This document shows positions 49,801 to 64,000 of a stretch of DNA of 64,000 bases, piece by piece. Numbering within the stretch: the first letter of the stretch is position 1; each line of letters opens with the position of its first letter. Source of the stretch: Haplodiscus bocki. Lineage: Eukaryota. A model generated the notes under the pieces. That model ran no database searches, was not told where the DNA came from, and saw only the letters and a program-made list of their open reading frames with translations. The DNA lies in contig OZ296650.1 in NCBI GenBank assembly GCA_965655095.1, positions 50,964,001 to 51,028,000 on the forward strand, written 5' to 3'. The position numbers and the translations under genes are program-made.

Positions 49801-51500
49801 TGGATGTCATCATTCATCAACTTTGTGGAAGTCGCGCCTGAGCTGACATCGTGACTATGATGTAGATCGTTGGCTGGTCAACTTGGCCAGGAAGTGCGGG
49901 ACAAAATTGTGAATCTTATCCCCTGATTGTGGGCAGCGTGGGTTAGAGCATGATGATGTTGGCACAAACATATCCAGGCTCCGAACGGTAAAAAGACTAG
50001 ATGGGGTTCCGAGTATGTCTTCTGGACTTTTTGTGTTTGTGAATTTTGATTGTTTAAAAAAGAATATGTAGTTTACTGGATCGTATAAAAGTTTACCACA
50101 AGTAAGCGACAAATCTTCACTGTTCTAATAAAGTTAATGCGTTGGAACTAAAAAGGCGCTTTCTCGCTCTTGTTTCTTTTCAATTGCTTCTCGATTTTTT
50201 TTCTTGATTTATTTCTTTTTCCTATTTGCAACTTTTCAATGTACTCGTTTATGATACAAAGTATGGTTCTTTTGTGCAATCTCGCTTTCCGGCAACCTTA
50301 TTTTTGTTAGAACTGTAAAAACTGACTTTTCACGCGGTTCGAATTCCGTTTCTGCAGTAAGCATGGTGAAGATTTTTTTCTTTGGCGCGTTAAAATTGTT
50401 TCGCCACCAGGCCACTCAGAACGTCTTTTCTCGGTCTTAATTGGTTGGCAGATAGTACATGTAGTAAGCTGAATTGACATGAAAAAACATCAGCATCAAA
50501 TTGTATTTTGAATAGCAAGCTACGCCTAAAATTAGTGATTGGCTCTGAAAAAAAGGTGCACTTTGCTCAATCAAAGGATTCGGACGGACAGCAGGTGAGG
50601 TCGGGTTAGAACCTATTGGACGTCCTCAATTGCGTAGTACCTTTTGCTTTAGTCATTACCATGTATGGTTGTTTGCGAAGCCGTATATTATTTCAACTCA
50701 AAGAGTTTTACAACATTTGTTCTTCACATCATTTGACTCGTCAGATTAGTCCTCCTCAGAAAGGCACTCTATGATGAGGTGTTCCTCTTCTGTTCCTCGA
50801 TGCATTCCACTCAGATGAACATATTCTTTTTATAAATTTCCAACTAATTTGGACACCATCACGGAATTCATTGATTGTGCACGCACAAGCCGTACTTAAA
50901 GCAAGTGGACTGGATCGGTCAATTCAAGGTGGGAAACTGAAGCCGGAGCAACATCTTCCCTTCGACGGCAATTTCTGCGACGCGTAATCTTTACCCCGTT
51001 TCGTAACTTTCTTGGAAATCCAACTTTTCATTGCTGATATGATTCAGGGTGCTTGAATTGCACAATATCTTGAAATTTTGTCGGAATATTATAACAAGGC
51101 CTGGTTGTGTTGAATAGTAGAAATTGTCTAAAGTTCTAGCAGGATAATTAAAGGTGTAGTTACGATCTTGTTGGGTAGCTCTCCAGGATTTTTCGCATCA
51201 GGGCTGTAAGGCCTTGACTTGATCCTTGTTCCGGCTGGTGGCTCTGTACAAGTTACTAAAATGGTCTTTGGGACCGTGAATCCATTCAGCAAAAATGTAC
51301 TCTGACGTGGTTTCCGAATTCTAGTTGAAATGGGAGTTCATCACTTTTTTCGCCTGGAGTAGGGTGTGCGCTGTTTTGATGAGTGTGAAGGTGGCGAGTG
51401 AATTCAATTTCGCACAACAGTTCTCTAAGCTGGAATTTCACCCAGTTTGATTGAATAAAAAAGGTTTTGCTCAAGAACACTGCAGCAAAAGGGGCCAAAA
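46900..51500 (-). mobile_element. Decayed Gypsy LTR retrotransposon (gag-like to integrase), interrupted by a repeat at about 49.1-49.6 kb
   Basis: Integrase zinc-finger-to-core remnants at about 46.9-48.3 kb, RT-RNase H tether-like FSKLNSTFY at about 48.8 kb, gag-like text at about 50.8-51.5 kb. Motifs are degraded. Confidence 0.45.
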
Positions 51501-51799
51501 ATCCTCAACATCAAGTTTCAATAGCTTAGTTGTTCAGTACGGCATGGCGAATTTCCTGTTTTCGCGGAATCCAGAGATACATACCGCTGTTTAGATTACC
51601 AGTTAGTAGACCACTGGTTGAACTAAACGTCGTTGTTTTCAAATAACCGCCTCAGTTGACTCTTTTTGTGGAAGATTCTCATTCAGTTGTCATTGGTAAG
51701 ATGTTCTCTTCCAAAACACTGCATTCAGTAAGCAATGCTCTCCAGGATAACCGAGCTTGTTCGCGGCCTGCAATCTTGACTTCTCCTCCCAGCCACCAT

Positions 51800-54700
51800 T
51801 TCTCAACTCAAGGATCAGGCATAGATAAAAAAATCAGTCAAACTGCAGTGCGTTAGAGGAAGTTCATACTTTCTCGTTCCTGCTTTTGTCTTTCCGAAAG
51901 TGCATCTTAGAAACATGGAAGCCCAGTGTAGTCCAGTGAGATTGATCGATATTCTCCAATAGAAACCACGAAGCTCAGTGAGTTGCATGAGAATCTTTGA
52001 CATTTTCAGCCAAAAGGGCTGTATAATCAAATTCTAGAGAACACAAACTTTTGCAAGTATGAAGACGAGTTGGGCGTAGCTATACCGACTTGTCCCTTGT
52101 CGGTGCTGTCACTGACATCCACCATTGTTCAGAACAATTCCTGCAAAAAATTCAGTTTAAAAATTCAGGCGGATATACTATTATCGTTTCGGTGTTGCCC
52201 ACTTGTTTTGAAAGTTCTCGTCAGTTCATTAAAAACCCTGTAAATACCAATAGTGTCTTCCACATCTTGAATGTGGCATGCTTGGCTGAACGTGCTAGGA
52301 TTTTCATTAAAGGGATTTTTATCAAAAAGTTGCCGATAGCTACCAACAAAAAAATGGCTTTTGATCAGCGATAACCTCATATCTCATGTTTTGATGCATG
52401 CAATAGAAACCAAGGCCACACCTTCTAGGAGGCAAAGTTGTTGTTCTCCCGTTTTGAAGATTGATTTTATGAGAACCTACAGGGATCGTCTTTCGATTCT
52501 ATTTTTGCCCAGCTTCTTCAATCACATGAGTTTTTTTGTGCTGTTGTCCAGTGAAGCCAGCTGGGCAAAATGTTGACAACCCGTGCTTCTTGGGAATCAT
52601 ATATGTGTCACTTTCACGCAAGAATGAACATTCGTTGTTCTTGCTCCATATCGGAACCAGGCACACTGAGTTCTGTCATATGACTTGGTTTTGAGTTGCA
52701 GAAACATTCGGTGGGCCGGTTCCGATTTTTCAGGAAGTTGGATTTTCAGATATGGCTTCGAAAGTGGTATGCGACAAACCAAAGCATCTGCGGCAGTGAG
52801 ACTACCCTCCAGCGGCCGGCTGAGTTTTTTGTTCCTCCGTTGGTCGTCCAAGTGGTAGTTAACTTTTTCGCGCCAGATTTGGTAAATCCTCAGTTTTCTG
52901 TCTGCAGTTCTTCAAAAAACGACGAACAATTGTCAATAGATGTGACGTGCGTAGTTTGTCCTTTCCGGCGTAAATTCCGTAGATTATTGAGGTGATTGAG
53001 ACGGCAGAGGGTATTCCTTTAGTCTGGGAGCTGATCGTTTCAGGTTTTTTTAACGGGCTGAAGGTTTGCCTCTAGGTCGATGACTAACTCTGAATCTTCC
53101 ATGTGCTCAGTGGTCCGTTGGTTCATGTTACTGCTTTGAACTGAATTTGGTCTTGTTCTAGGTGTGGTTTCCGTTTTACCCAATTGTGTTTGGAAAAAAA
53201 CAAGGAAAAGAAGACTCCTTGGTCAGGTGATTAGTCCTCACGCAGTTTTCCTTAGACTCGACACGGGTGCCTCGGATTGCCATCATTTCAAAATAGTGAT
53301 TCGGGGACACATTATTTTTTCATTGGAAGCAGGTGCTTCAGTGAATACTTGTACATCATTTTTGGACCAAGTTCCGACTTAAGACTCACCATCTACACTC
53401 ATTCTGCCATACAGTTTGTTGGATTTTAACTGATTGCATGAAAATTTTTTTCAGCATCCATCTGTGTCAGAACTGTTGGTCGTCTAAAGCCTTGCTGAAA
53501 TTTTCTTCATTTTCTTTTCCACTTTTCACACTTACCGTTCTTTTGGGATTTTTTGAGAGAACTTTTTTTTGTCGACAGGTATGCTATGTGCGGGTCCTTT
53601 AGAGGTCGATGTTGCGTTTTGTTTTCCCATTTCTGGCGTCTGTCGGAGATCCAATTTCTCAACAAAGTTCAGTATATACGAACAAGCACTAAAACAGTTC
53701 CGCCGAACTGCACTAAAACACATGCAATCCACCGAGGCTCTTTTAACAATATACAAAGACAAGCTGAAAAAAGTTGAAACTTAGGTGATCGAGAAATAAA
53801 ATCATTGATCAGGAACGGACGCTAGGTTACGTGTTGCAATAGTTTCAGATGGTTCAATTCTCGTGCTTTTTTATGGCTACGCTGAAAGAAACTCACACCT
53901 AATTTCAAGCTTTCTGGTCCTGCGTTGATCATCAATATCAACCCGGCTTTCAGTTCCTTCTTCATCGCTAACATTACGGATTCTTCTATCGTCTTTTCTT
54001 TCAATACAGAGGATTATGCTCAAGGAGACACGTTTGAGCAACACAACAGCATTTCTAGTAACTTCGAAGCAATGCAGGAGGTGCAGGGAACAGTGTTGCA
54101 TTTTTACTACTCGGTTTCATTATCCGGGATAAAAAATGGAACATATGACGCCACTCCTAGCAGACAGGGCTTTTTTATACTTCTGTATATCCAGGTCCGA
54201 AGTGAGAAACGTTCTAAGCGATGGTTCAATTTGCGAAACATCTGTCTTCGTCAATTTCTCTGATCATGGTTGTTCTCCATTGTAATGCTGATCTTAGGTT
54301 AACAATAGGCAGTTACAGCAATGCATTCTCTCACCCGTATGATGTCGTCATTGTCATACGAGATGAAAGTTTTCCGATCAGAACGTTTTATGTGTCCACA
54401 AAGTCTTTTTTTCGGTCATCGAAAAGTGGATCTCAAAATCTGTGGGTGGCTTGATACCCTATATAGGTCTTCCATCCGACCAAATTTGCTCGCTGATTGG
54501 AAGTAATTTGTGTTTGATTAAGTTAGATTTTTAAGTTTCTCAAGGCTGCAACAACAGAGGTGCCAAATCGGTTCCCGGAAATGCATACATCATGAAATGG
54601 ATGCATTGGAAGCAGTAGCAGCTGTAATGTTGTATACCATTGGCGAGAGGGGGTTGAGTTAATATCGAAATTGTAGTCATGCACTGCTGACTTGTTGAGA

Positions 54701-57700
54701 AAAATTAGTTGTTCTCTTGCTTCCCAGACTTTCCAGACATCCAAATATGTTTTTGAGTGGCAATTACTCTTCATTTTGTCACTGCAGTGACCAAGATCCA
54801 TGGTTTTGCCTTCACATCTGTGGTTTCTTCTATTGCTAGTGCAATTTTCTGTTCATCGGGCGTTTCTTCCCTTCTTGTTGCACGGTGCAAGTGTTTTTCT
54901 GACCTGATTGGGTTTTCCGTTGGAACTGAGTTTTCGATTTGTAAAATGGGACACTTGTCTCCCAGATTTCATTCAAACCAATGCCGTTTTGGCGCCTTTC
55001 CTCGAACTTCGCGGAAACGTACTTCGTCCGTTCTCTCCCTTTGCACCACTCGTTGCTTTCTTTGAACCGTTCGGTTCAAAAATTTATCGAATTTTGGATT
55101 CATTGCATTTTAATAGTACCAAAGGTCGAACATTTTGCGCGATCGGTTACACCTTCAATTCATGTTTTTTTTCTTCCAATAGGTTGCTGGCGACTGCTCT
55201 TCATGCCTGCTACCCAGATTACACTCCCCAGTTTTCTCAGTTTCTACACACTGGACACTGGAGTCTTTTTGTGACAACAAGTTGCAGAGATGCAATCAAA
55301 GTGTTGTTAGCCAAGAGATTAACATTGAATGTTTCTCCAGTGAGGGTGGCGCTGGCGCACTGCACAAGGAGACTGGAGCTGGCCTGTTTCATGGAACCCC
55401 TTCTTCGAGATGATCATAGGGCAAGTCGGAAGGGTCACATACACACAGGTAACGACGAACAGATTTGGTTTCCTTCGGTGAGTTTATTCCATGTGTAGAG
55501 GCTGTTCTGTTTGACGAGAGTTATCACTTGAACCGTACAGTGACGGAAGCGTACGAAAGAGTTTCCTTTCGTTCAAAGAGTCTTCTCTGACGTCTGAATC
55601 GATCTTCCCAGCAAGGTCGTCAGCAGCACGGTCAAAGATGATCAGCTTACATTGAGCATTTTGGTGTACTCCCAGGCCATTAGTTCCTTGCTGATTAAGG
55701 TATGGCATACGAACTGTGAACCGGTTTTCAATGTTATAGCAACCATTATTTTCCTTTTTTTAAATAGTATGGGATCTTCTGCAAACATCAAAAGCCTTCC
55801 CATTTTTTTTTGTTGGGTATGGCGTGACAGACAACAAAGATTGTGACGTTTTCGCTGAAGTTTTCTCTCTTGAGACTTTTATCGAAATTCTTTGTTTTCA
55901 AGCTTGTCTGTGTGTAGACTTCGGCCACCCAACACATGCATTTGTTGTTTCTCCTCAAAAAAATTTTCAATGTAATATTAAGGAGCTTTAGGTTTCCTGT
56001 TTAGTCCAAACAACAGAAATGTGAGCGGGATGGACTTCTACTCACCAGCCATAAGCGTCTAATTTGTAAATTGATTGGAGTTATTACGGATTCTGTTGTG
56101 TCTTCCAAATGTTTCATCAAGGAGCAAGTCCTATTCCGTTACATGCTTGCTGCAGTAATTGAACAACAAAATGAAAAAAGATTTGCTCCAACTTTTTACA
56201 TGAATGTGCTGCGGTTGGTGAGGGTAGAGGCCACTTTAAAAACAAAAGACAGCTTTGCAGACCCTCGAGTCAGATCTTCCTTGAATTGCGTTGCATTGTC
56301 TCATTGCAAAAATGAAGGAGTGCCATGTCAGTGACAAAACTTGGCCAAGAGCGAACGACCTTTGTATCCACCCGTGTAGGTCTAACCCACAAACGTAAGC
56401 TGTTTCTGATCGGTCATATTTCGTTACTGGGATTTTCCAGAATATTCAGATGTTACCCGGACGGAACACTGCGCTTTTGCCAACAGAGAGATAAATTCAC
56501 CGCTTTTTAGTTGTGGCTCACATTTTTGACGTCAACATCTTGCAGTGGTCGAGAAGGGCAACAGAACCTCATCTCAGCTCCTTTCTTCTTCACCGGAACT
56601 ACATCACTGGCCTGATGCGAGTACGAAGGAGTTGTCATGACTAAGATTTTGACAAGGCTCATTCCTTGATTTGCTTTTTTTTCCTTTGGTATTAGTCATT
56701 TTCTCGTTCCGACTCTCCTGTCAGCGATCCAAACTAAAAGAGTTTCAAGCTTCAACAAGTTAAATCTTACAAGTTATGCCTTTTTCCTCTTGAAAATGTC
56801 TGCATCTTCGCAGAGCAACTAACTCAACTGGTGTATTTTTTGCTTTCACCCTGTAAGCTCTAGCTTCTGCACTGTAATTTGATCCAAGGAAGGGCTTCTG
56901 TGAAACAAGGTTTAGACTTTCTTGCTCAAACACTGAAAATATTTGTTAACGGTCATTTAGGTCTTAGAAAAATCTCTATATCAGATGCTGATTTAATTGT
57001 TTAATCGACCAGTCACATGAGACAGTAGATCTTTTCTTTCGCCAGGTCAAGTTTGTTTTGTTTTTGACTTAAGTTCAGTGGATTTCACGAGCTCAGCTTG
57101 CCCAATGTTGACTTTGACAAGCAATATGTAGGACTCACTTGGGTAAATACTCACCAAACGAACAACGACCGATTGAACTGCACAAGGTTTACAAAATCTG
57201 CTTAAAAAATAGAACTAGGCGTTAAATTTTGTTCACCGAGACAAGTCGAAGAACATGTGATCAAGTGGGGTCAGTTTTGACATTCAGTTTCACAATTTTG
57301 GAGCCCCAATTATCAAACTCTACCCCTTCCGGGACTGTAGACGGAAACGCTGGGACTCCGCTGGAAACTTCGTGAAGAACATTTGTCGGGTTACAGTTGA
57401 TATTTTGCTTCGACTACAGGTCCCCCAAAACATAGTACTTACGCAAAACTGAACTTCCTAGAACAAAAAATTTGCGAGAGCAATCATCCACTCAGACAGA
57501 ATCATTTCTCAACATAAAAATTTCCGGCCTGAAACATGCTCGTTTTGCCACTCCGAATGTTCAGATGTCCAATTCCCTGCTTAGCACGAGGTTGATGTAC
57601 TTCGACAACCTACTGTAGAGTGTGTTGGAAACCAAATTGAGCCAGACCGAAAGTATCATCACAGATTGTTTAGCACCGGTATCAATGATTCCCCTCACAT

Positions 57701-59900
57701 TGAGCGAATGTTGTCTTGTGCAAAAATTTGCACGAATGTGACATTGTGGTCAAAATGGCCCCCTTCAGGCTGCAATGGTTTAGTTCGGCGGCTCTAACGA
57801 TTTAATTCTACGTTTTCTGAAGAAGGTTTTCAACAACTTCTCCTCGTATCACTACCTTGGCTTTAAGGTTAAGCCCTACGTTCTCGATGATTAGCACCAC
57901 ACGTACTAGCCCTGCTTCTTTCTTTTGTTTTCGCTCTTGCCCTTAACTCGTCTTTCAACATGAAAGCAAGATCAGTCCTTTTTCATTTCTTGACGAGTGA
58001 AATGGTGTTCCGGTTGTAGTTCCTAGGACAGGCACACCTCCAGGGAACTGATGCCTCGTTGTCTTTCGGGTTGTGTCACTTTCCAAATTTGTATGAAACC
58101 TGAAAGAAGGCTATTTTTCATTGGTTTTTTGCTGATTTATCATATAAAATGATTAATAAAGTTATTGGGATTCTATCAAAATTGTCAGATTGGCCTGATT
58201 CCGGTGTTACAGGCATCAGCACAGGAGAACTTCAGATTGAACGTTGAATTTATCAACTCATGTATTGTGCAATTGACCCTTCTTCCCACATGGAGTAATC
58301 CACATTTGTAAAAGTTTCGCTTTTCATAGTCAGTATGTTCTTCCTGTCAAGCTATGGGGTGACTCCTACTGATAACTGTACTTGCGGGACTAGTTACTAT
58401 TGTTGGTGAAGTGTTCGATTTGAAAAATTTTGTAGTAGTTAGCCAAAGGCAATGCGCACGCTCGATCTTTATCGAGATTTTCCGGTGGTTCGCGGTTCTC
58501 TAAGATGGACTCAGGATTAGTTGCTGGAGCAGTTGGAGATGATGCAGGGTTGGTAGTTCTTGGTTTAGAATGAAGTGGCTATTAGGAAGCAACTCTTGGC
58601 AACAATATTTTTGGATAAATTGCTTCTTTTTGACAAACCCTTCCGCAAAAAATCTCAATTCTTCGACAATGTATGCAGCTTCCAGTCACTGGTTTTTGTT
58701 GCTACGTTCCTTTTGAGGTCCTGATTCCGGACGCGGCTACAAGTTTTCGGGTTTTCTCACGGCAAAGCAGCGCTGACCATTCGTTCAGATAGCTTTTATT
58801 TCAAAAATTTTCTAACTCGTCGAAGTACTGGACAATTGAATTTACTGGTCCTTGCTCACGGTAGCAAATGAGTTCCTCGCTTCTGTCCGACTGGCACGTA
58901 CACCAGTTTTTCAAGCAACAAAGTGGAAAATAGTTCAGGTTCCAGTAACTCTTACTGAGTCGTCATCAATCAGAAAGATCAAGTTTCTGCCTCTATGTTG
59001 TTGATCCAGCCCTCAATGAAAATTGTGAAAGCCTGGTGCCATGTTTTTTCATCCTGATCTATCCGATAACTTTCACCCTCTGGGGTTCCTTGAAAGCTGT
59101 GGTATGACTTCATTGTCATTATTTTTTCGAAAGTCGGTGCTGACATTTGGGGGTCTTTTTTGAGAATGTATCATTCATTAGCTTGATAATTTTGCCGCCT
59201 AGAACGTGGGCTGCAATTTCGAACTGCTCTGGTTGCGTACTGTTTCTTTTGTAACTCATCCCTCCAGTCTAATTGTGTTTGAATATTCAGTGAATTTCTT
59301 TCTTCTCGTGCTCGAGAACGAAGGTTCTGCAATTTCTTCTGCCAGGCCTTGTTGTCTTTAAAGTTATGAAAAGAATTGTATTTTCGTATGAATTTTTGGG
59401 ATTTGGTTCTCTCCCCATTCTAGTTTCTGATGGTTGCTCTTTTTGCGTTCGATTGCTCCAAGTGAATTTGGTGCGGTCTATTTCTTGTTTCTTGTGATCA
59501 TGCATTCGGCTGACCGAAGTTTGTATCATTTGATATTTTGACAACTAAGACGTTCAAACAGTCCTGCTTGTGATCCAATTGTTTGCTGGATTGTCAGCAT
59601 TTCGTCTTCTGTAGCTGGTGCATTTCCCCAAATCTAAAGGGCCTGTTGTTCAAGAAGTCTGCGTAAGGCTGCCATTTTTGATGCTTGTTTTGTCCTTTGT
59701 CGTTGTGTACTTCCTTGCATGGGGATTAAATTGTTGATTCTTTTTTTGGTCTATGCGGTTGAGCATTCCAGACTAGCACCATTCATCATAGTTTTGCTAA
59801 TTTTTTTTAAAGAACTGGCAACATGATTGCAACCTGAAAACAACCATAAAGAAGCGTTGATTTTTCTGCAAGCGTTCCAGCGTTTGGAGTGGGAGATAGT
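51800..59900 (-). mobile_element. Decayed Gypsy LTR retrotransposon with PR-RT-RH-INT order
   Basis: Protease GIIDTGA (about 57680), RT ASDVVPVKKKGAEMRFCC (about 56590, cf. ASPVVLVKKKDG..RFC), RNase H IIFDRAADDLAG...LYGS (about 55.5-55.7 kb), integrase remnants at about 53.4-54.3 kb. LTRs were not identified. Confidence 0.68.
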
Positions 59901-62900
59901 GAGTAGGCTCAGATGTTTTCCATTCACAATTTGCAAATCCGGTCCACACCTTGAAAGAATTCACCATTGGGAAGTAGCTGTTTTTGCCGATTTTTATTTC
60001 AAATGTCTTTGAAATTGACAAAGTTGCCCTGAAGATTGGCCGACGAGCAGGATGGGCGGAGGGGCGGGATGTGCAAAAATAGTGAACCTGCGGTCCGAAA
60101 GTAGTTCGCGGAAATGTGGGACAGTTTTGGATCCGGAAAACGTTGTAATGTGAGGTCAAAATCGCTGTTTTGAGGTTTTTAGGCTAAAAATACGGAAAAA
60201 AGCAAAAAATTCAGCTTTGGTGACCGGTGTTTTGACATACTTCTGCGGTTTTTTTTGGTAAATTCGCGGGTTTCAGTTGGCGTTCTAGCTTAGCATTTGA
60301 AAGATTACTCGAGACTTGCAAGTTTTTCCTAAACTAACCCAGGTGTTGGGAATGGTTACAGAAGTTCCGACAACTTTCAACAGTCGCGAGGTTGAGGTTG
60401 AGTGCGTTAGGTAATAATTTTTATCGATGACGTCTGACTTTGGATGGAATGGGCTGATAATTGGCCTGGTAGCTCAAAGAATTAGTTAATTTCGAATCTG
60501 TGCTCTGAAAGACGAAATTCGACCCCGATTTTTTTAGGGTTAGAGAAATTGCTAATCAGAGGTGTCCCTAATTTCGGCAGAGTTTCCACTTTTTCGGCTA
60601 TGTTTTTGTGTCAAATGATCAAGTTGAAATCTTAGAGAAACTGCGTGGTGGCTGTCCTGAACTGTTTGATTTCTCCAATTGGTGCGAAGCTTTCTTTTTC
60701 GGTTTTTCTATGCCCGATTTTTCTTCATCCACCTATTATTGAGCCCTAGCGAGTGGTCGAAACTGATTTTTAAACCGGGTTGAGACTCCTATCCACCTAT
60801 AGCGTTGGGAAACCATGGCCATCAGCAGAAACGACTACTTCCAAGTCGCAGTTCTGATTCCAAACGCAAAGGTTTATAGTAAAAAAAAACAGCCAAATTG
60901 GGATTTTTTCCAACTTTTTTAAGCAGAGATCACCCTTCAAGTAGAAGTTGCAATGAAATTGTTAAAACTTACAGCTGGTATCTACAAGGAGTACGTTTTG
61001 GTGGAGTCTTTTTGGGTTTACCCGAGACTTTACGTTGTTTTATCACAATGGTCTGCTCACCCGTCTTCTCTTCTCTCCCTATTCGTCCCTCTTAACATTT
61101 TCAACGCCACGGGTTAAATTTGATCATCCTGAGTTCACGTCTTGTTAATACTCTCACTCAACAAACAGGCACTCTTTGCGGGAGGTAAAATAGCAAGTTG
61201 GGACGAAATTAAGCAGAAAATTTCTCCGGATAGGTCTGAATGGCTCAATTAGAGAAAATTACTTAAAACGGAAAACATTTTCCCTGACTTCGTGTACCAC
61301 TTCTGTTCGTTTTAAATCCACAAGTTTTTAAATTCCGTAAATAAAGGACATAGTTTCTCCCCATTACAGCTATGATTGCCCATCAAAGTTAATGTTTAGA
61401 AAAAACCTGCAGCATGCTCGAAGTAGAGAAGTTAGGGCGACGGTTGACTCGTTTCTGAACCACATTAAATCCACTGCAGTTCTGATGCCTGAATCATTGT
61501 GCTCAACTCTGAAAGGAGCGAGAGGTGAAATTTGTGCCCTGCCTGAATATCAAAACTCTCAGGCTCCTAATGGCTAAAGTTGCTTCTCTTTGCTTTCTCC
61601 TGATGGTCGTGGATATTTTTTCAGTGACAAAAGTAAGATTTTTTACAGAAACAGTTCCAAAACAAATAGGTCTTTTAAAATAGAACTGAAGGGAAAGGAA
61701 AGTTTGACTTCTTTCGGACCATCATCACAGATTTGTTCTTTTTTCTACTGTATCGCTCGCAAAGAAAGGGGAGCGGGTCTGGCGTCTCCCGCTATTATGA
61801 TTATCGATTGCTGCTTTTGTGCCCAGCTTGTCGGAGATTTTCCCAGTATTGTTTTTTTGAGTTTTCTAAACTTTTTGGGGTGTCAGTCAAAGGACAGCAG
61901 ATTGTCCACTACACTTTTCTAGCAAAATATGGTGACGTAATAGATCTTGTACAAAGCTGCATCTCGAGCTGGATTGTAAAATCAGTTTCCCGCAGTAACC
62001 AGTGTTCGTACAGCATGAGTCATAACATTTTCATTTTCCCATCCTGCAACGTTGGGCTGGAAGATCAGGCATGAGATTGTAGTAGAAGCCATCCACAGAC
62101 TCTGCCACCTAAGGTACGATAACAGGTCGCCAAGTACGCAAGTACGAGCAACGGAAAATTCTTCATGGCCCTGACTTTGTGCGTTTTTGATGCCCCAATT
62201 TCCATGTTGGGCTCCTGGAGCAGAAGAAGTTAATCTTATGACTTCTCGACATGTTACAACTCTTAGACTTAGCCTCTAAATTCAGAAATTCAGACCTAAG
62301 GCTGTCCTTGTAAGCTCGGGGCCACCTGATCTTGATGGCTGGATGATTTATAGTCAGTAGCTAACATAATAATACTTATTGACATTCCTTCAGTTATGCC
62401 CATAACATCTAAACAGAATAAACAATATGAATTTCTATTCTTTTTCTGTTCTATGCTTTTGGTTTTTTGGCTGTTGCTCTTCCTCGCAATCTTGTGTCAC
62501 CGCGGGCTTGTCTTTTTCCGTCTTTTGACTTTCGAGCTCTTCTTTTTGTGCCCAGCATGTAAAGAAAGCATCTGAGATTTAACTTGAAGTTTTCGAAAAA
62601 TTGGGCGATCTTAGATCGGACCTGCTGTTCTCTGGAGGTTTCTTTTACAGATATACAGAATGTCAGAAAAACCCTTCTCTTGCCTCAGGTTGACCACTAT
62701 TGAAAGTCTATATGCTGATGTAAACACTTAAATCATAGAATGTTCTATACTTAACTTTCATTATATTAAAGTCATAAAAAGGCCATGTTATGACATAATT
62801 CCATGCAAGTCATAAACTGGATCATATTACGGAAAACCATGCGTCATTTTTTAGATTATGATTACGTATTCTAATTAGCAAACTTTTGACTTGACATATT

Positions 62901-64000
62901 CACCGAAAGTATTAGATTGAAGTCTGAATTTCGAAACTTTCGGCAGTTTTATAACTAACGATCAGACTGAATAGAATAAAGTAAGTAAGCAAGTAATAAA
63001 TTACTGAACCAACTTCATGCATTCTCACAGGATAGACGTAAATAGTAAATCTTGTGGAATCTTGTTTCCGAAAGTTATTTTCTCCAGTGGTTTAGAAATA
63101 TTTGGACATTTGACATCATCGGAATTATGAATAGAAGATTTAATTTTTTTTCAAAAAAAACGTGTAACAAAACATGAATGTCGTAGTGTCATACATAGAA
63201 TGAGTCATCTGCCATTGATTGAATAAAATGAAAGTAATGGCTTTTCCATATATTTTTGTGAATGGACGTATATGACGCATAGGATGATTTTAATGGCAGG
63301 TGAACCTGTCGCATTTTAGTTTCGTGAGTTTTGTTAACGACCGATTCATGAAATTTTTTTCAGTAAGATTGTTCACAAATGAACATTTCTCAATAGAAAT
63401 GTAATTACCAAATTGTTTTGAATTCAAACGAGCTTCTTTGAGAATATTTTTTTTTGTTAATTTAAAGATTGTTTGGTCAACAGACTCAATTCAATAAATA
63501 ATATAAAAAATAAATAAATCCCCAAATGCAAAAGGCTGGACATTTGCAATATTGAAGCTTTCATCGGACTAAAATATCTCAGTGTTGACCCTGAGTTTTG
63601 TCTGAGATTCTAACAAAGAGTATCTTGAAATCAAATTAGTGGACTTTTTTGAGCATAAAGAGAAGGAACAAATGATACAATCAAGTTCACGACTAAATAT
63701 TCAGAGGAAGTTCTTCTGAATTACCAAAGTGTGCACCACATTTTCATAGTTTTTTGTGAGAGGTACCGAAAATGGAAATATATCTTGGGAATTGATTGGT
63801 CAGTTTAATCATTGCTTTTTGTTAGAAAATACCATTCATCCCGGAACTCTGGAATAGACACAACTCGGGTCGAACTTTTTTTGAGATTCGTCGTTATTTA
63901 TGCTCGGAAATTTCATAAGAAACGGCTGTAATTCGCTGCTATTTTTCAGAGAAACGCCGGTAACCGCCGTTATCTTTCTACGAAACACCGGCATTTTTCC

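Noticed and set aside
53164-53382. Plus-strand LDTGAS aspartic protease-like motif
   Set aside because: It lies antisense within the minus-strand Gypsy region with no supporting context. The real protease motif is at about 57680 on the minus strand.

Overview
AT-rich, repeat-laden animal genomic DNA (spliceosomal GT-AG introns; no prokaryotic features). There are two intact host genes, both on the minus strand and only 101 bp apart stop-to-start. The first is ribosomal protein RPL11/uL5 (CDS exons 10115-10233 and 8459-8894). It is followed by a 3-exon PAF-acetylhydrolase IB alpha-subunit homologue (CDS exons 7952-8357, 6964-7164, 4786-4967) whose catalytic Ser is Thr. The spacer has a TTTCAG acceptor 7 nt before the downstream ATG and no AATAAA, which suggests an operon-like or shared-promoter locus. 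The first 10 kb also hold nested and fold-back MITEs. The rest is mostly decayed transposable elements: a CR1-type LINE (14.3-17.6 kb), a Polinton/Maverick endogenous virus remnant with its full core gene set still readable (about 18-31.7 kb), three Gypsy remnants and a second LINE RT, all oriented on the minus strand. A unique-looking island with clustered CRE motifs lies at 41-46.5 kb. Protein family calls come from motif recognition by eye, and boundaries of decayed elements are approximate.
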